DNA of 11,347 bases from Chlamydiota bacterium (GTDB taxonomy: Bacteria; Chlamydiota; Chlamydiia; Chlamydiales; SM23-39), in assembly GCA_048498835.1 (NCBI GenBank), contig JBEHXF010000056.1, forward strand, positions 1 through 11,347. The letters are read 5' to 3'. Within the stretch, counting starts at the first letter, position 1. Each line of letters begins with the position of its first letter. This document shows positions 1 to 7,241 of this stretch, piece by piece. The position numbers and the translations under genes were made by a program. The notes beneath the pieces were generated by a model that saw nothing but the letters and a program-made list of their open reading frames with translations, made no database searches and was not told the DNA's origin.

Positions 1-10
1 CTCTTCTTTT

Positions 11-68
11 AGGGTGCGGGGCATCCCCGCCTCTGTGAACTCTTTTATATCTTTGTGTCCTCTGTGAT
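11..68. repeat. Short hairpin plus degenerate CTCTGTG 9-mer repeats at the window edge
   Basis: GCGGGG-CAT-CCCCGC (16-30), then CTCTGTGAA (31-39), CTCTTTTAT (40-48), CTTTGTGTC (51-59) and CTCTGTGAT (60-68). Confidence 0.4.
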
Positions 69-92
69 TTATTTTGTAAGTCAGACTGAAGG

Positions 93-695
93 CTATTTCA
101 GCCACTGGTTGCGGATCGAGTCGATGAGCTCAAGATCAGCTGAAGCAATCCCCAATCCTGTACCTTGCGGCAGCAAAATTTTTGGCAGTGGCAGCTCGTC
201 GAAAAAGCGCCCCGCTTCAAAAGCGTGCGTTTGGATATTATCGACCAAAATCACCGCCTTTGAACGGAGATAGCGTCGCCAATTATCATAGCCAATCTTG
301 AGAACCTGATACGAGGGCTCAACATTGAGATGAAGAAGATCGATCGGCCGATCCCAATTCTTAGAGATATCCCGAAACGGGCCGATAATCAGATGGATAT
401 TTTTCACATAATTAAAGCGAAGCGCATTGGAAATATTTTGGAAGGCGCTATCGAGTAAAATACACTTTTCCGCATAAGCCGCCCCTGGCTCGAACCAATC
501 GATTCCGTAGACATTTCCCCGATTTTTATAAGCGAAGAAAAGGGTAGAAAGACCTCGGTGCACGCCGAGATCAACAATGGTTTTTGGATGGAGCTTTTTC
601 ACAAGCCAGAGCGAAAAGGCTTCCTGAGATTTCCAGGTCCCTTCAATAGAGCGCATAAAATCTAACGCTCGATTATTTTTTTTAATCACATGCAT
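93..695 (-). CDS. Class I SAM-dependent methyltransferase-like protein (Methyltransf_24-like), with degenerate C-terminal motifs
   Basis: 200-aa ORF with motif I IVDLGVHRGLST, motif II YGIDWF, a PIDLLHL strand and a C-terminal GLG, which is the layout of Methyltransf_24 proteins. An alternative ATG lies at 656. Confidence 0.75.
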   Translation of the reverse strand: MHVIKKNNRALDFMRSIEGTWKSQEAFSLWLVKKLHPKTIVDLGVHRGLSTLFFAYKNRGNVYGIDWFEPGAAYAEKCILLDSAFQNISNALRFNYVKNIHLIIGPFRDISKNWDRPIDLLHLNVEPSYQVLKIGYDNWRRYLRSKAVILVDNIQTHAFEAGRFFDELPLPKILLPQGTGLGIASADLELIDSIRNQWLK

Positions 696-739
696 AATTT
701 TGGCAAGAGTGTATGCCAGACATGGGAAGATGTACAGAA

Positions 740-1942
740 CTAATCAAGAAGCGTGCGCACAGTAAGTGTGCGAATGCCGCGTAAGCTCAGGTCGATAATG
801 GTAAATTCGTAGTCGTCGATGCGGATGATTTCTCCCCGCGCTGGACCATGATCCAAAGTGGCGATCAAAAAGTCACTCAGCGTGCTCGCATCGTCCCCTT
901 TCAAATCTGCTTCAAACTGCCGATTGAATTCGGCAAGCGTCATCGACCCTTCCAGAGTTCTTTCAATGAGATGGGCTTGATCTTCTTCTGGAATGGAGCG
1001 CTGCTCTCGACCGAAGATTGTATCGACAATTTGATCGAGACTGAGAATGCCACATGCTTGACCTGAAGAATCGAGAATGACTGCGACTACCTGATTGTTG
1101 CGACGAAACTGATCGAGAAGTTGCAAAATCGAAGTATCGCGAGTCACAAACCAAGGTGATTTACAAGAATCTAAGATTTTATCTGAATCGTGAAGGCGGA
1201 GGATCGAGCGCACATTTCCGATGGCAATGATGTTATGGGTGGTTTTATGGTAGACGGGCAAAATAGGCGTGTAACGATGGGCGAGATGCTCCCGCACATC
1301 GCGCACGGTTGCATAGCTAGGGAAGAGCTGCGTTTGCGCAAGAGGCTGCATGAGCTGATCCGCAGTTGAGGTCTTCAACTGAAATACAGCAGTCACGAGA
1401 GCCGTGAGTTCCTCTTCACGCCCCTCTCGATCTTCAAAAGCCATTTTCACTTCTTCGCGAGAGAGAAACAGAGGCGTTTCTTGGGGCCGGCCCATCAGAA
1501 AGTGAATTCCTTTGGAAATCTGATCGAAGGTCCAGGTGATAGGACTCAAAAGGCGCGCCAAGAAGACCATGAGTGGAGCCAGCGTCATGGCGATTTGCTC
1601 GGGGTGACGGCGAGCGGCAAAGAGCGGCGCAAGCTCCCCAAAGATGACGACGATCACGACTTGGCTCAGAGGAGCCCAATCGGGATCGAGGTGGATCGAT
1701 TCATAAAACCTACGAGCGCACTCCGACCCAATTTGAAGAGAGGCGTTGATCCCAACAAGCGTTGTACCGAATAGCCGAGAGGGGCGCTTCAAAAGAAAAT
1801 CGAGCCACTTAGCTCGCCGCTTTCCACGGCTAACGTAGTACTGCAGGCGTATTTTATTGAAAGAAACGCAAGCCATCTCAAACAGAGCGAAAAGCCCCTG
1901 GATCACGACAGCGAGAAGGGTAAATCCAAGCCAGTGGATCAT
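740..1942 (-). CDS. CNNM/CorB (DUF21) membrane protein with CBS pair and CorC_HlyC domain (TlyC-like 'hemolysin family'); the more divergent paralog
   Basis: N-terminal hydrophobic helices (ALFEMAC, TTLVGIN, IFGELAP), a CBS-like region (LDQFRRNNQVVAVILDSSGQACGILSLDQIV) and a CorC-like C-terminus (STLSDFLIATLDHGP..GE). The start overlaps the upstream gene's stop (ATGA, 1939-1942). Confidence 0.9.
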   Translation of the reverse strand: MIHWLGFTLLAVVIQGLFALFEMACVSFNKIRLQYYVSRGKRRAKWLDFLLKRPSRLFGTTLVGINASLQIGSECARRFYESIHLDPDWAPLSQVVIVVIFGELAPLFAARRHPEQIAMTLAPLMVFLARLLSPITWTFDQISKGIHFLMGRPQETPLFLSREEVKMAFEDREGREEELTALVTAVFQLKTSTADQLMQPLAQTQLFPSYATVRDVREHLAHRYTPILPVYHKTTHNIIAIGNVRSILRLHDSDKILDSCKSPWFVTRDTSILQLLDQFRRNNQVVAVILDSSGQACGILSLDQIVDTIFGREQRSIPEEDQAHLIERTLEGSMTLAEFNRQFEADLKGDDASTLSDFLIATLDHGPARGEIIRIDDYEFTIIDLSLRGIRTLTVRTLLD

Positions 1943-3195
1943 CGGCCCCTCTTTTTAGGAGTGTGAAGGCGACGCACATAAATTCGTCGAACCCGATTTG
2001 GTTCGGCAGCGAGGACGTAGAAGAAAAAATGATCGGTGGCATACTTGACACCGGTTTGGGGGATATCGCCTAATTGTTCGATGAGCCACCCACCGAGAGT
2101 TACGACATTCCCCTTCGACTCGAGCTCCCGCCCAAAGATCCCTGCAAACTCAGTCAATTCGAGCTTGCCGCTGGCGATGATCACATCTTCACCCGAACGA
2201 GTGTAGAGACTTTTCGTATCGCGTCGGTCGAGAATTTCGCCTACTACCCCTTCGATTAAATCCTCTTGCGTAATCAAACCCGATACAGAACCATATTCAT
2301 CGACGACAATCGCAATGCTTTCACTCCTCTCCCGCATCGATCGCAGAAGGGTCGATGCCTTTGTCGTCTCCGGCACATAATAAGGTTTGCGGAGGAAAGA
2401 TCGCAGGTCTTGGCTCGTTTTAAGGGCGGGTTTACTGAGAAAGTACTTTCGCGTTGTTAAAATCCCGAGCAAATTTTCCAAATCTCCGTCGCAGACAGGT
2501 ACGCGTGTCGTCTCTTGATCGACCAGGAGATGCTCTAAGGCAGACAGCGGCTCTTGAATATCGTAATAGAGGATTTCCTCACGTGGACGCATTTGCTCTT
2601 TAACGAGGGTTTGCTCCAGATCTAGAGCGCCTCGAATCAAGCGGCTTTCCGCCTGGTGAAGAACGCCGCTTTCCTCAGACGTTTTGAGCACATGGCGAAG
2701 CTCATCAGCAGTGATCTCTTTTTCCTCTTTTAAAAAGAAAAACATAATGCGAGAAATCACGCTCGTCACTTGAGTCAGCCTTCTCCGAATAGGCCCCAGC
2801 ACCCTAGCTGTTCGACTAATTACGGGCGCCACTCGGTATGAAATCCGCGCATTATTCGGCATTGCCACCGATTTGGGGATTACCTCACCAAAAATAAGAG
2901 TCAGGGCAAGAGGTAGCCCAACTTTAAGACTCCACTCAGTAAACTGATCGAAAATACTCGAAACCGTGTTCTGGACTAAAATATTGGCCAGGACATTCAA
3001 CATCAAAATGGTGACGAGAACATCTCGTGGCCGCTCCATCAAGTGAGCGATGATGGCCAGGCGCGGCTTATCCGATTGCCGATAAGAGCGGAGCTGGAGT
3101 GGCGATAAAGAAAACAGCGCCGTCTCAGAACAAGAGAGGAAAGCTGACGTTGAAATCAGAAGAAGCAGGGCGAAGACGAGAAGGGCAGCGCTCAT
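1939..3195 (-). CDS. CNNM/CorB (DUF21) membrane protein with CBS pair and CorC_HlyC domain; putative Mg2+/Co2+ transporter
   Basis: Canonical motifs SAFLSCSETALFSL, IFGEVIPKS, MRPREEI, TRVPV, AIVVDEYGSVSGLITQEDLIE and TLGGWLIEQLGDIP. ATGA overlap with the upstream ORF at 3192-3195. Confidence 0.95.
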   Translation of the reverse strand: MSAALLVFALLLLISTSAFLSCSETALFSLSPLQLRSYRQSDKPRLAIIAHLMERPRDVLVTILMLNVLANILVQNTVSSIFDQFTEWSLKVGLPLALTLIFGEVIPKSVAMPNNARISYRVAPVISRTARVLGPIRRRLTQVTSVISRIMFFFLKEEKEITADELRHVLKTSEESGVLHQAESRLIRGALDLEQTLVKEQMRPREEILYYDIQEPLSALEHLLVDQETTRVPVCDGDLENLLGILTTRKYFLSKPALKTSQDLRSFLRKPYYVPETTKASTLLRSMRERSESIAIVVDEYGSVSGLITQEDLIEGVVGEILDRRDTKSLYTRSGEDVIIASGKLELTEFAGIFGRELESKGNVVTLGGWLIEQLGDIPQTGVKYATDHFFFYVLAAEPNRVRRIYVRRLHTPKKRGR

Positions 3196-3467
3196 TTCTT
3201 AAAGTGGACTTTTAGAAAACCCTCTGGAACCACGCCGAGTTCTCGGAGGAGTACCAGTTCGATCCAAGAAGGATCGCCCTGAGAAGCGATACGGAGATTG
3301 AGCTCTTCTTTTTCCATGAGAGCTAATCTTTTCTCTTTTTCCATTTCAGTCAGGCGAAAATTCAGCTCGGAAAGCGTGTGATTGCGGCTCTTAATCGCCT
3401 GCATGCAAGCGACTAAAGCTAAGGAACAAAAGGCCAGAACCCACCACGATCGAACCAATGCTGACAT
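3192..3467 (-). CDS. Small bitopic coiled-coil protein, FtsB/DivIC (septum formation initiator)-like
   Basis: 91 aa with one N-terminal TM segment (WWVLAFCSLALVACM), a leucine heptad coiled coil, then DPSWIELVLLRELGVVPEG, which resembles the FtsB/DivIC D-x-x-x-IE-x-x-AR-x-x-LG motif. GGAG SD lies upstream and the stop is coupled to the next gene. The CDS is well supported; the function is inferred. Confidence 0.7.
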   Translation of the reverse strand: MSALVRSWWVLAFCSLALVACMQAIKSRNHTLSELNFRLTEMEKEKRLALMEKEELNLRIASQGDPSWIELVLLRELGVVPEGFLKVHFKK

Positions 3468-3515
3468 GTAACCACTCCGAACGCTATTATCTATATTACC
3501 GAATTATGTGCTATT

Positions 3516-4079
3516 TTAAATCGAAGGGCAGGTAATTCCTACCTGTTTCATGTACTTTCCCTTCCTGTCTGCATACGATGTTTCACACACCTCATCCGAG
3601 GTGAAAAAGAGAACCTGGGCTAGCCCTTCCCCTGCATAAATAATAGCGGGAAGAGGGGTTGTATTAGAAATCTCGAGCGTCACATACCCTTCCCATTCCG
3701 GTTCAAAGGGGGTAACATTAACAATGATGCCGCAGCGCGCGTAAGTTGACTTTCCAATGCAAAGAGTCAGAACATTTCTCGGAATACGGAAATACTCAAC
3801 GCTGACCGCCAAAGCGAAAGAATTGGGAGGAATCACACAATAGTCCCCTTCGATATCGATAAAGGCGTTAGGACTAAAATTTTTCGGATCAACAATGGAA
3901 TTATGGATATCGGTAAATACTTTAAATTTTCTATCGACGCGTAAATCGTATCCGTAACTTGATAAACCATAACTGACGATTTTTTTTGCACCATCTTCTC
4001 GGACAAGACCGTCGGAAAAGGGCTCGATCATCCCATGTTCCAACGCCATTTTGCGGATCCACTTATCGGGTTTTGGCAT
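3516..4079 (-). CDS. dcd: dCTP deaminase
   Basis: Signature segments [57 protein letters not shown] and [15 protein letters not shown] on the minus strand at 4088-4092. Confidence 0.98.
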   Translation of the reverse strand: MPKPDKWIRKMALEHGMIEPFSDGLVREDGAKKIVSYGLSSYGYDLRVDRKFKVFTDIHNSIVDPKNFSPNAFIDIEGDYCVIPPNSFALAVSVEYFRIPRNVLTLCIGKSTYARCGIIVNVTPFEPEWEGYVTLEISNTTPLPAIIYAGEGLAQVLFFTSDEVCETSYADRKGKYMKQVGITCPSI

Positions 4080-4162
4080 ATTATTTTTCCTCGGAATTCA
4101 GTGACAGATGCTTACAGTAATGTATAGCGTCTGAAATCCTTTTCTTGCTACAGTTTTCGAAT

Positions 4163-5158
4163 ATGAGCGAAGAGTTTATTGAGTCATCCTGGGTACAACC
4201 CGATAAACCGTTTGAAATTCCCCTGCGTCCGCAGTCGCTAGACGACTTTGTCGGACAAGAGTCGGTCCGAAAAAGACTCGATGTATTTATTCAAGCGGCA
4301 AAATCGCGCGGCGAAGCGCTCGGTCATTGCCTTTTTTCCGGACCACCTGGCCTAGGAAAAACAACTCTTGCGCACATCATCGCAAAGACGATGGGGACTC
4401 AACTCTTTGTCACTTCAGGTCCCATGATCGACAAAGCGGGCGATCTAGCTGGCTTGCTCACGAATTTAAAAGCGGGCGACGTTCTCTTTATCGATGAGGT
4501 TCATCGCCTTTCAAAAGCTGCCGAAGAATATCTCTACCCAGCCATGGAAGATTTTTGCCTCGATCTCATGATCGACTCAGGACCAAACGCACGCAGCGTA
4601 CAAGTAAAACTCAACCCCTTTACCCTTGTTTGCGCAACCACTCGCTCTGGTCTGCTGAGCGCGCCGATGAGATCGCGCTTTGTCGTCAACTTGCGTTTGG
4701 ACTATTACGATCCCAAAACTCTTTCTCAGATCCTCATCCGCTCTGCGGCTATCCTCAAAACGATCTTACTGGCAGATGCAGCAGAAGAAATTGCCCGAAG
4801 ATCGCGCGGCACGCCTCGCATCGCCAACAATCTACTCCGCTGGGTCCGCGATTACGCCACCACCTCGAACCGAAAGAAAATCGACCTGACAACCGCGCGC
4901 GAAGCATTAGAAATGCTCGCAATTGACGATTTAGGCTTAGATGAAATGGACAAAAAAATTCTGTCCGTTATCATAGAACATCACAAGGGTGGTCCTGTGG
5001 GCCTCAATAATTTGGCTGCCGCAGTCGGCGAAGAACCTCATACCTTAGAAGAAGTGTATGAGCCTTTTTTAATCCTCCAGGGATTTATTAAGCGGACTCC
5101 GCGGGGACGCGAAGCAACAGGCCTGGCCATTGAACATTTAAAAAAACGAGGGATGTGA
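4163..5158 (+). CDS. ruvB: Holliday junction branch migration ATPase RuvB
   Basis: LRPQSLDDFVGQ, Walker A GPPGLGKTT, Walker B LFIDEVHRL, LYPAMEDF, SRGTPRIANNLL, GGPVGL, YEPFL and RTPRGR. ATG 4163 is preferred over the TTG at 4145 in the ORF track. Confidence 0.98.
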   Translation: MSEEFIESSWVQPDKPFEIPLRPQSLDDFVGQESVRKRLDVFIQAAKSRGEALGHCLFSGPPGLGKTTLAHIIAKTMGTQLFVTSGPMIDKAGDLAGLLTNLKAGDVLFIDEVHRLSKAAEEYLYPAMEDFCLDLMIDSGPNARSVQVKLNPFTLVCATTRSGLLSAPMRSRFVVNLRLDYYDPKTLSQILIRSAAILKTILLADAAEEIARRSRGTPRIANNLLRWVRDYATTSNRKKIDLTTAREALEMLAIDDLGLDEMDKKILSVIIEHHKGGPVGLNNLAAAVGEEPHTLEEVYEPFLILQGFIKRTPRGREATGLAIEHLKKRGM

Positions 5159-5162
5159 ATCC

Positions 5163-6350
5163 ATGAAGACAATCATCAGTGCGCTACTCTGCTGCGCAAG
5201 TTTAGCTCCAGTGTATGCTGGCGAACGTTCGAGCTTGCTTGAACATATTTCCGAATCGATTTCTCCCCGAACTATTCAAGTGCTCTTGGAAAAAGATGCC
5301 AGCGAGGCCCTCTTAGAAGTAAAAGGTCCTTACCACATCTTCAATCCCCACGACAATTCTCGTGTAGCTTCTGGTCTTTTGGGAAAACGATTCATGGTTC
5401 ATGAACTGGAAAATGGACTTAAATGGGGAGAAGAGTTCCCCGGCATTCACCAGATGACGATTAAACCTCGCTCGGCCGAAACAACTTTATTCGTCAACGG
5501 CATCCAATACAGCGGCTCGATTTCCATCTATGGCGTTGCAGGCTCTATTCACATCGTCAACGAACTGGAAGTCGAAGATTACGTCAAAGCGATCCTCTCT
5601 CCGCAATTCACTTCTCCTCTAGAACAAGAAGTCCTTTCAGCTCTGGCTATTTTGGCCCGTACTGACGCCTACTTCCACGCAACTCGCTCCAATAATAGTT
5701 TCTGGCACGTAGCAGCTGCAGATGTCGGGTACCAAGGCGCTGCGCTCACCATCCCAGACTCTCCTGTGGATCGCGCAGTGGAGACGACAAAGCACCTCAT
5801 TCTCGTGCATCCAACAGATGGACAGAACCTCCCCTTCGCCACTGCCTGGACAGAACACAGCGCTGGAAAAACAGCTGCTTACCAATCGCTCTTCCGCAAA
5901 GAGTGCCTAGCGCCCGATCGCGGTGTCGACGCCCCGCACGCAGCTCTCTCGCGTCAAGAATCGAAATGGAGCTATTCGATTTCGAAAAAGAATCTCGCAC
6001 AACTTCTCGATCTCTCCCAAATCAAGACGGTCGAGCTATTTGTCGATCAGCCTTCTGGGAAAGTTTATGGCCTTCGCGTGAAAGATCAGTCGGGTCTTCA
6101 GGACTTTGATTTTCTCTCTCTGCAAAAGGCGCTCGGAGCTAACCATCTTCAATCGAGCGATTTTACCCTCTCGGTCAAAGATGAGACAATCACTTTCACC
6201 GGGTTTGGAAAAGGACATGGTGTAGGGCTCTGCCTCTATTCAGCATCTGCTCTTGCCCAAAACGGCGAAAACGCAGTAAAAATTCTCAGCAAATTCTTCC
6301 CAGAGACGTATCTCTATAACCTAAACATCAATCTGGAAGAGGCGCGCTAA
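5163..6350 (+). CDS. spoIID: SpoIID/LytB-domain peptidoglycan lytic transglycosylase homolog, exported
   Basis: Signal-peptide-like N-terminus (MKTIISALLCCASLAPVYA); SpoIID-type motifs YSGSI, VNELEVEDYV, ALAILART and GFGKGHGVGLC..SA..LA..G....ILSKFFP. Starts 4 nt after the ruvB stop, with GAGGG upstream. Confidence 0.88.
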   Translation: MKTIISALLCCASLAPVYAGERSSLLEHISESISPRTIQVLLEKDASEALLEVKGPYHIFNPHDNSRVASGLLGKRFMVHELENGLKWGEEFPGIHQMTIKPRSAETTLFVNGIQYSGSISIYGVAGSIHIVNELEVEDYVKAILSPQFTSPLEQEVLSALAILARTDAYFHATRSNNSFWHVAAADVGYQGAALTIPDSPVDRAVETTKHLILVHPTDGQNLPFATAWTEHSAGKTAAYQSLFRKECLAPDRGVDAPHAALSRQESKWSYSISKKNLAQLLDLSQIKTVELFVDQPSGKVYGLRVKDQSGLQDFDFLSLQKALGANHLQSSDFTLSVKDETITFTGFGKGHGVGLCLYSASALAQNGENAVKILSKFFPETYLYNLNINLEEAR

Positions 6351-6380
6351 GAGGGAGCTTGAGTAATACCCACTCCCTTT
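6350..6380 (+). terminator. Possible weak terminator hairpin for ruvB-spoIID, overlapping the ffs promoter
   Basis: AGGGAG (6352-6357) pairs with CTCCCT (6373-6378) directly after the stop codon. The loop is long and the U-tract short. Confidence 0.35.
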
Positions 6381-6388
6381 GTTATGCT
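6359..6388 (+). promoter_or_regulatory. Sigma70/sigma66-type promoter of ffs
   Basis: TTGAGT (6359-6364), an 18-nt spacer, then TATGCT (6383-6388) with an extended -10 TG at 6380-6381. It lies 9 nt upstream of the SRP RNA terminal stem. Confidence 0.65.
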
Positions 6389-6397
6389 CAACATCAA

Positions 6398-6492
6398 GCC
6401 GGGGAACTCTCGGAATGAGGAGTCTGAACCAGGTCAGGACCGGAAGGTAGCAGCCTTAAAGATGTCCCTCATGCCGCGGGCCAATCTCCGGC
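6398..6492 (+). ncRNA. ffs: Signal recognition particle RNA (small bacterial SRP, 4.5S)
   Basis: Helix 8/domain IV signature GGTCAGGACCGGAAGGTAGCAGCC (6432-6455) with a GGAA tetraloop. Flanking pairings are ATGAGG/CCTCAT and the terminal stem GCCGGGGA (6398-6405) with TCTCCGGC (6485-6492). Confidence 0.96.
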
Positions 6493-7100
6493 CCTTTTTT
6501 TTCCATCGCCTGCAATCTCCTTCTCAGAGCGCTCTCAGCATCGATTCCCTGCTTTTCCGCCTGAACCACTAAATCCCATAATAAGTCACCTAAATGAGCT
6601 TCGTCTCGAATGCTTCCCTCACCCTGTTTTTCACCCTTTAATTTTCTAACTCGGTGAGCCATTTTTTGAGCTTTGGGCAAGGCAGGCAAGGAGGGAGGGA
6701 TGCCAGCAAATGGATGATCAGATTTGGAAGCCCCTTTTTCCTTCTTTTTGATCTCATTCCAGTTTCGGATGATCTCCTCATTTGAAGAAACTTTTACATC
6801 CCCAAAAACATGGGGATGGCGACGAATCAACTTTTCACACTCCGACTCGATCGCCTGCTTCATAGTAAATAATTTTTGAGACTCGCCGAGTTTGGCGATA
6901 AAAACCAGGTTATATAAGACATCGCCCAGCTCTTCGGCCATCTTCTCCCCATCCCCTAAGTCAATGGCTTCCAATAACTCGTGCGTCTCTTCAATCAAAT
7001 AAGGCTGGAGCGTCAAGAGAGTCTGCTCTCGATCCCAGGAACAACCACCTGGAGCTAATAATTGAGCAGCAATATCAAGTAATCTTGAAAATTCTTTCAT
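6456..7100 (-). CDS. mazG: MazG family nucleoside triphosphate pyrophosphohydrolase (short form, second domain degenerate)
   Basis: L.APGGCSWDREQT, YLIEETHELLEAI, EELGDVL, KLIRRHPHVFG, WNEIKKKEK and GIPPSLPAL. The second domain is reduced to EAHLGDLLW..IDAESALR. ATG 7100 is preferred over TTG 7115. Confidence 0.95.
   Translation of the reverse strand: MKEFSRLLDIAAQLLAPGGCSWDREQTLLTLQPYLIEETHELLEAIDLGDGEKMAEELGDVLYNLVFIAKLGESQKLFTMKQAIESECEKLIRRHPHVFGDVKVSSNEEIIRNWNEIKKKEKGASKSDHPFAGIPPSLPALPKAQKMAHRVRKLKGEKQGEGSIRDEAHLGDLLWDLVVQAEKQGIDAESALRRRLQAMEKKGPEIGPRHEGHL
6478..6502 (+). terminator. Intrinsic terminator of ffs
   Basis: GGGCC (6478-6482), a 7-nt loop and GGCCC (6490-6494), followed immediately by 8 T (6495-6502). 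Confidence 0.75.
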
Positions 7101-7202
7101 ATATTTCTTGTCCAAAATCCTGAAAATTTAGAAACTCTTTTGCTTAAAAAAAATAGTAACATGCTAAAAAACATTAGAATGCGCTTTAAAAGCAAAAAAT
7201 AG

Positions 7203-7208
7203 TATAAT
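7203..7208 (+). promoter_or_regulatory. Consensus -10 element upstream of the 998-aa ORF
   Basis: Perfect TATAAT 33 nt upstream of ATG 7242 in an AT-rich divergent intergenic region. There is no convincing -35 at 16-18 nt spacing. Confidence 0.4.
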
Positions 7209-7241
7209 GGTTGCTTAACCTAATAATAGTCAAATAACTTT

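Noticed and set aside
701..718. TGGCA/TGCCA inverted repeat upstream of the methyltransferase
   Set aside because: The stem is only 5 bp with an 8-nt loop and could easily occur by chance.
740..3195. Calling the CBS proteins true hemolysins
   Set aside because: The 'hemolysin' label is historical; the domain architecture indicates CNNM/CorB metal transporters.
4163..5158. ruvB without adjacent ruvA/ruvC as an anomaly
   Set aside because: Separation of ruvB from ruvA/ruvC is, as I recall, the usual arrangement in chlamydiae and occurs in other bacteria. The protein itself is canonical.
55..6218. Short alternative-frame ORFs inside the methyltransferase, CNNM, ruvB and spoIID genes
   Set aside because: They lie wholly or almost wholly within conserved genes and show no motifs or translation signals.
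6384..6572. 62-aa plus-strand ORF
   Set aside because: It runs through the ffs promoter, the SRP RNA and its terminator, and lies antisense to mazG; the RNA gene explains the sequence.
6456..7100. mazG as part of a toxin-antitoxin or anti-phage system
   Set aside because: No mazEF or defence-type neighbours are present; it is a housekeeping-type MazG next to ffs.
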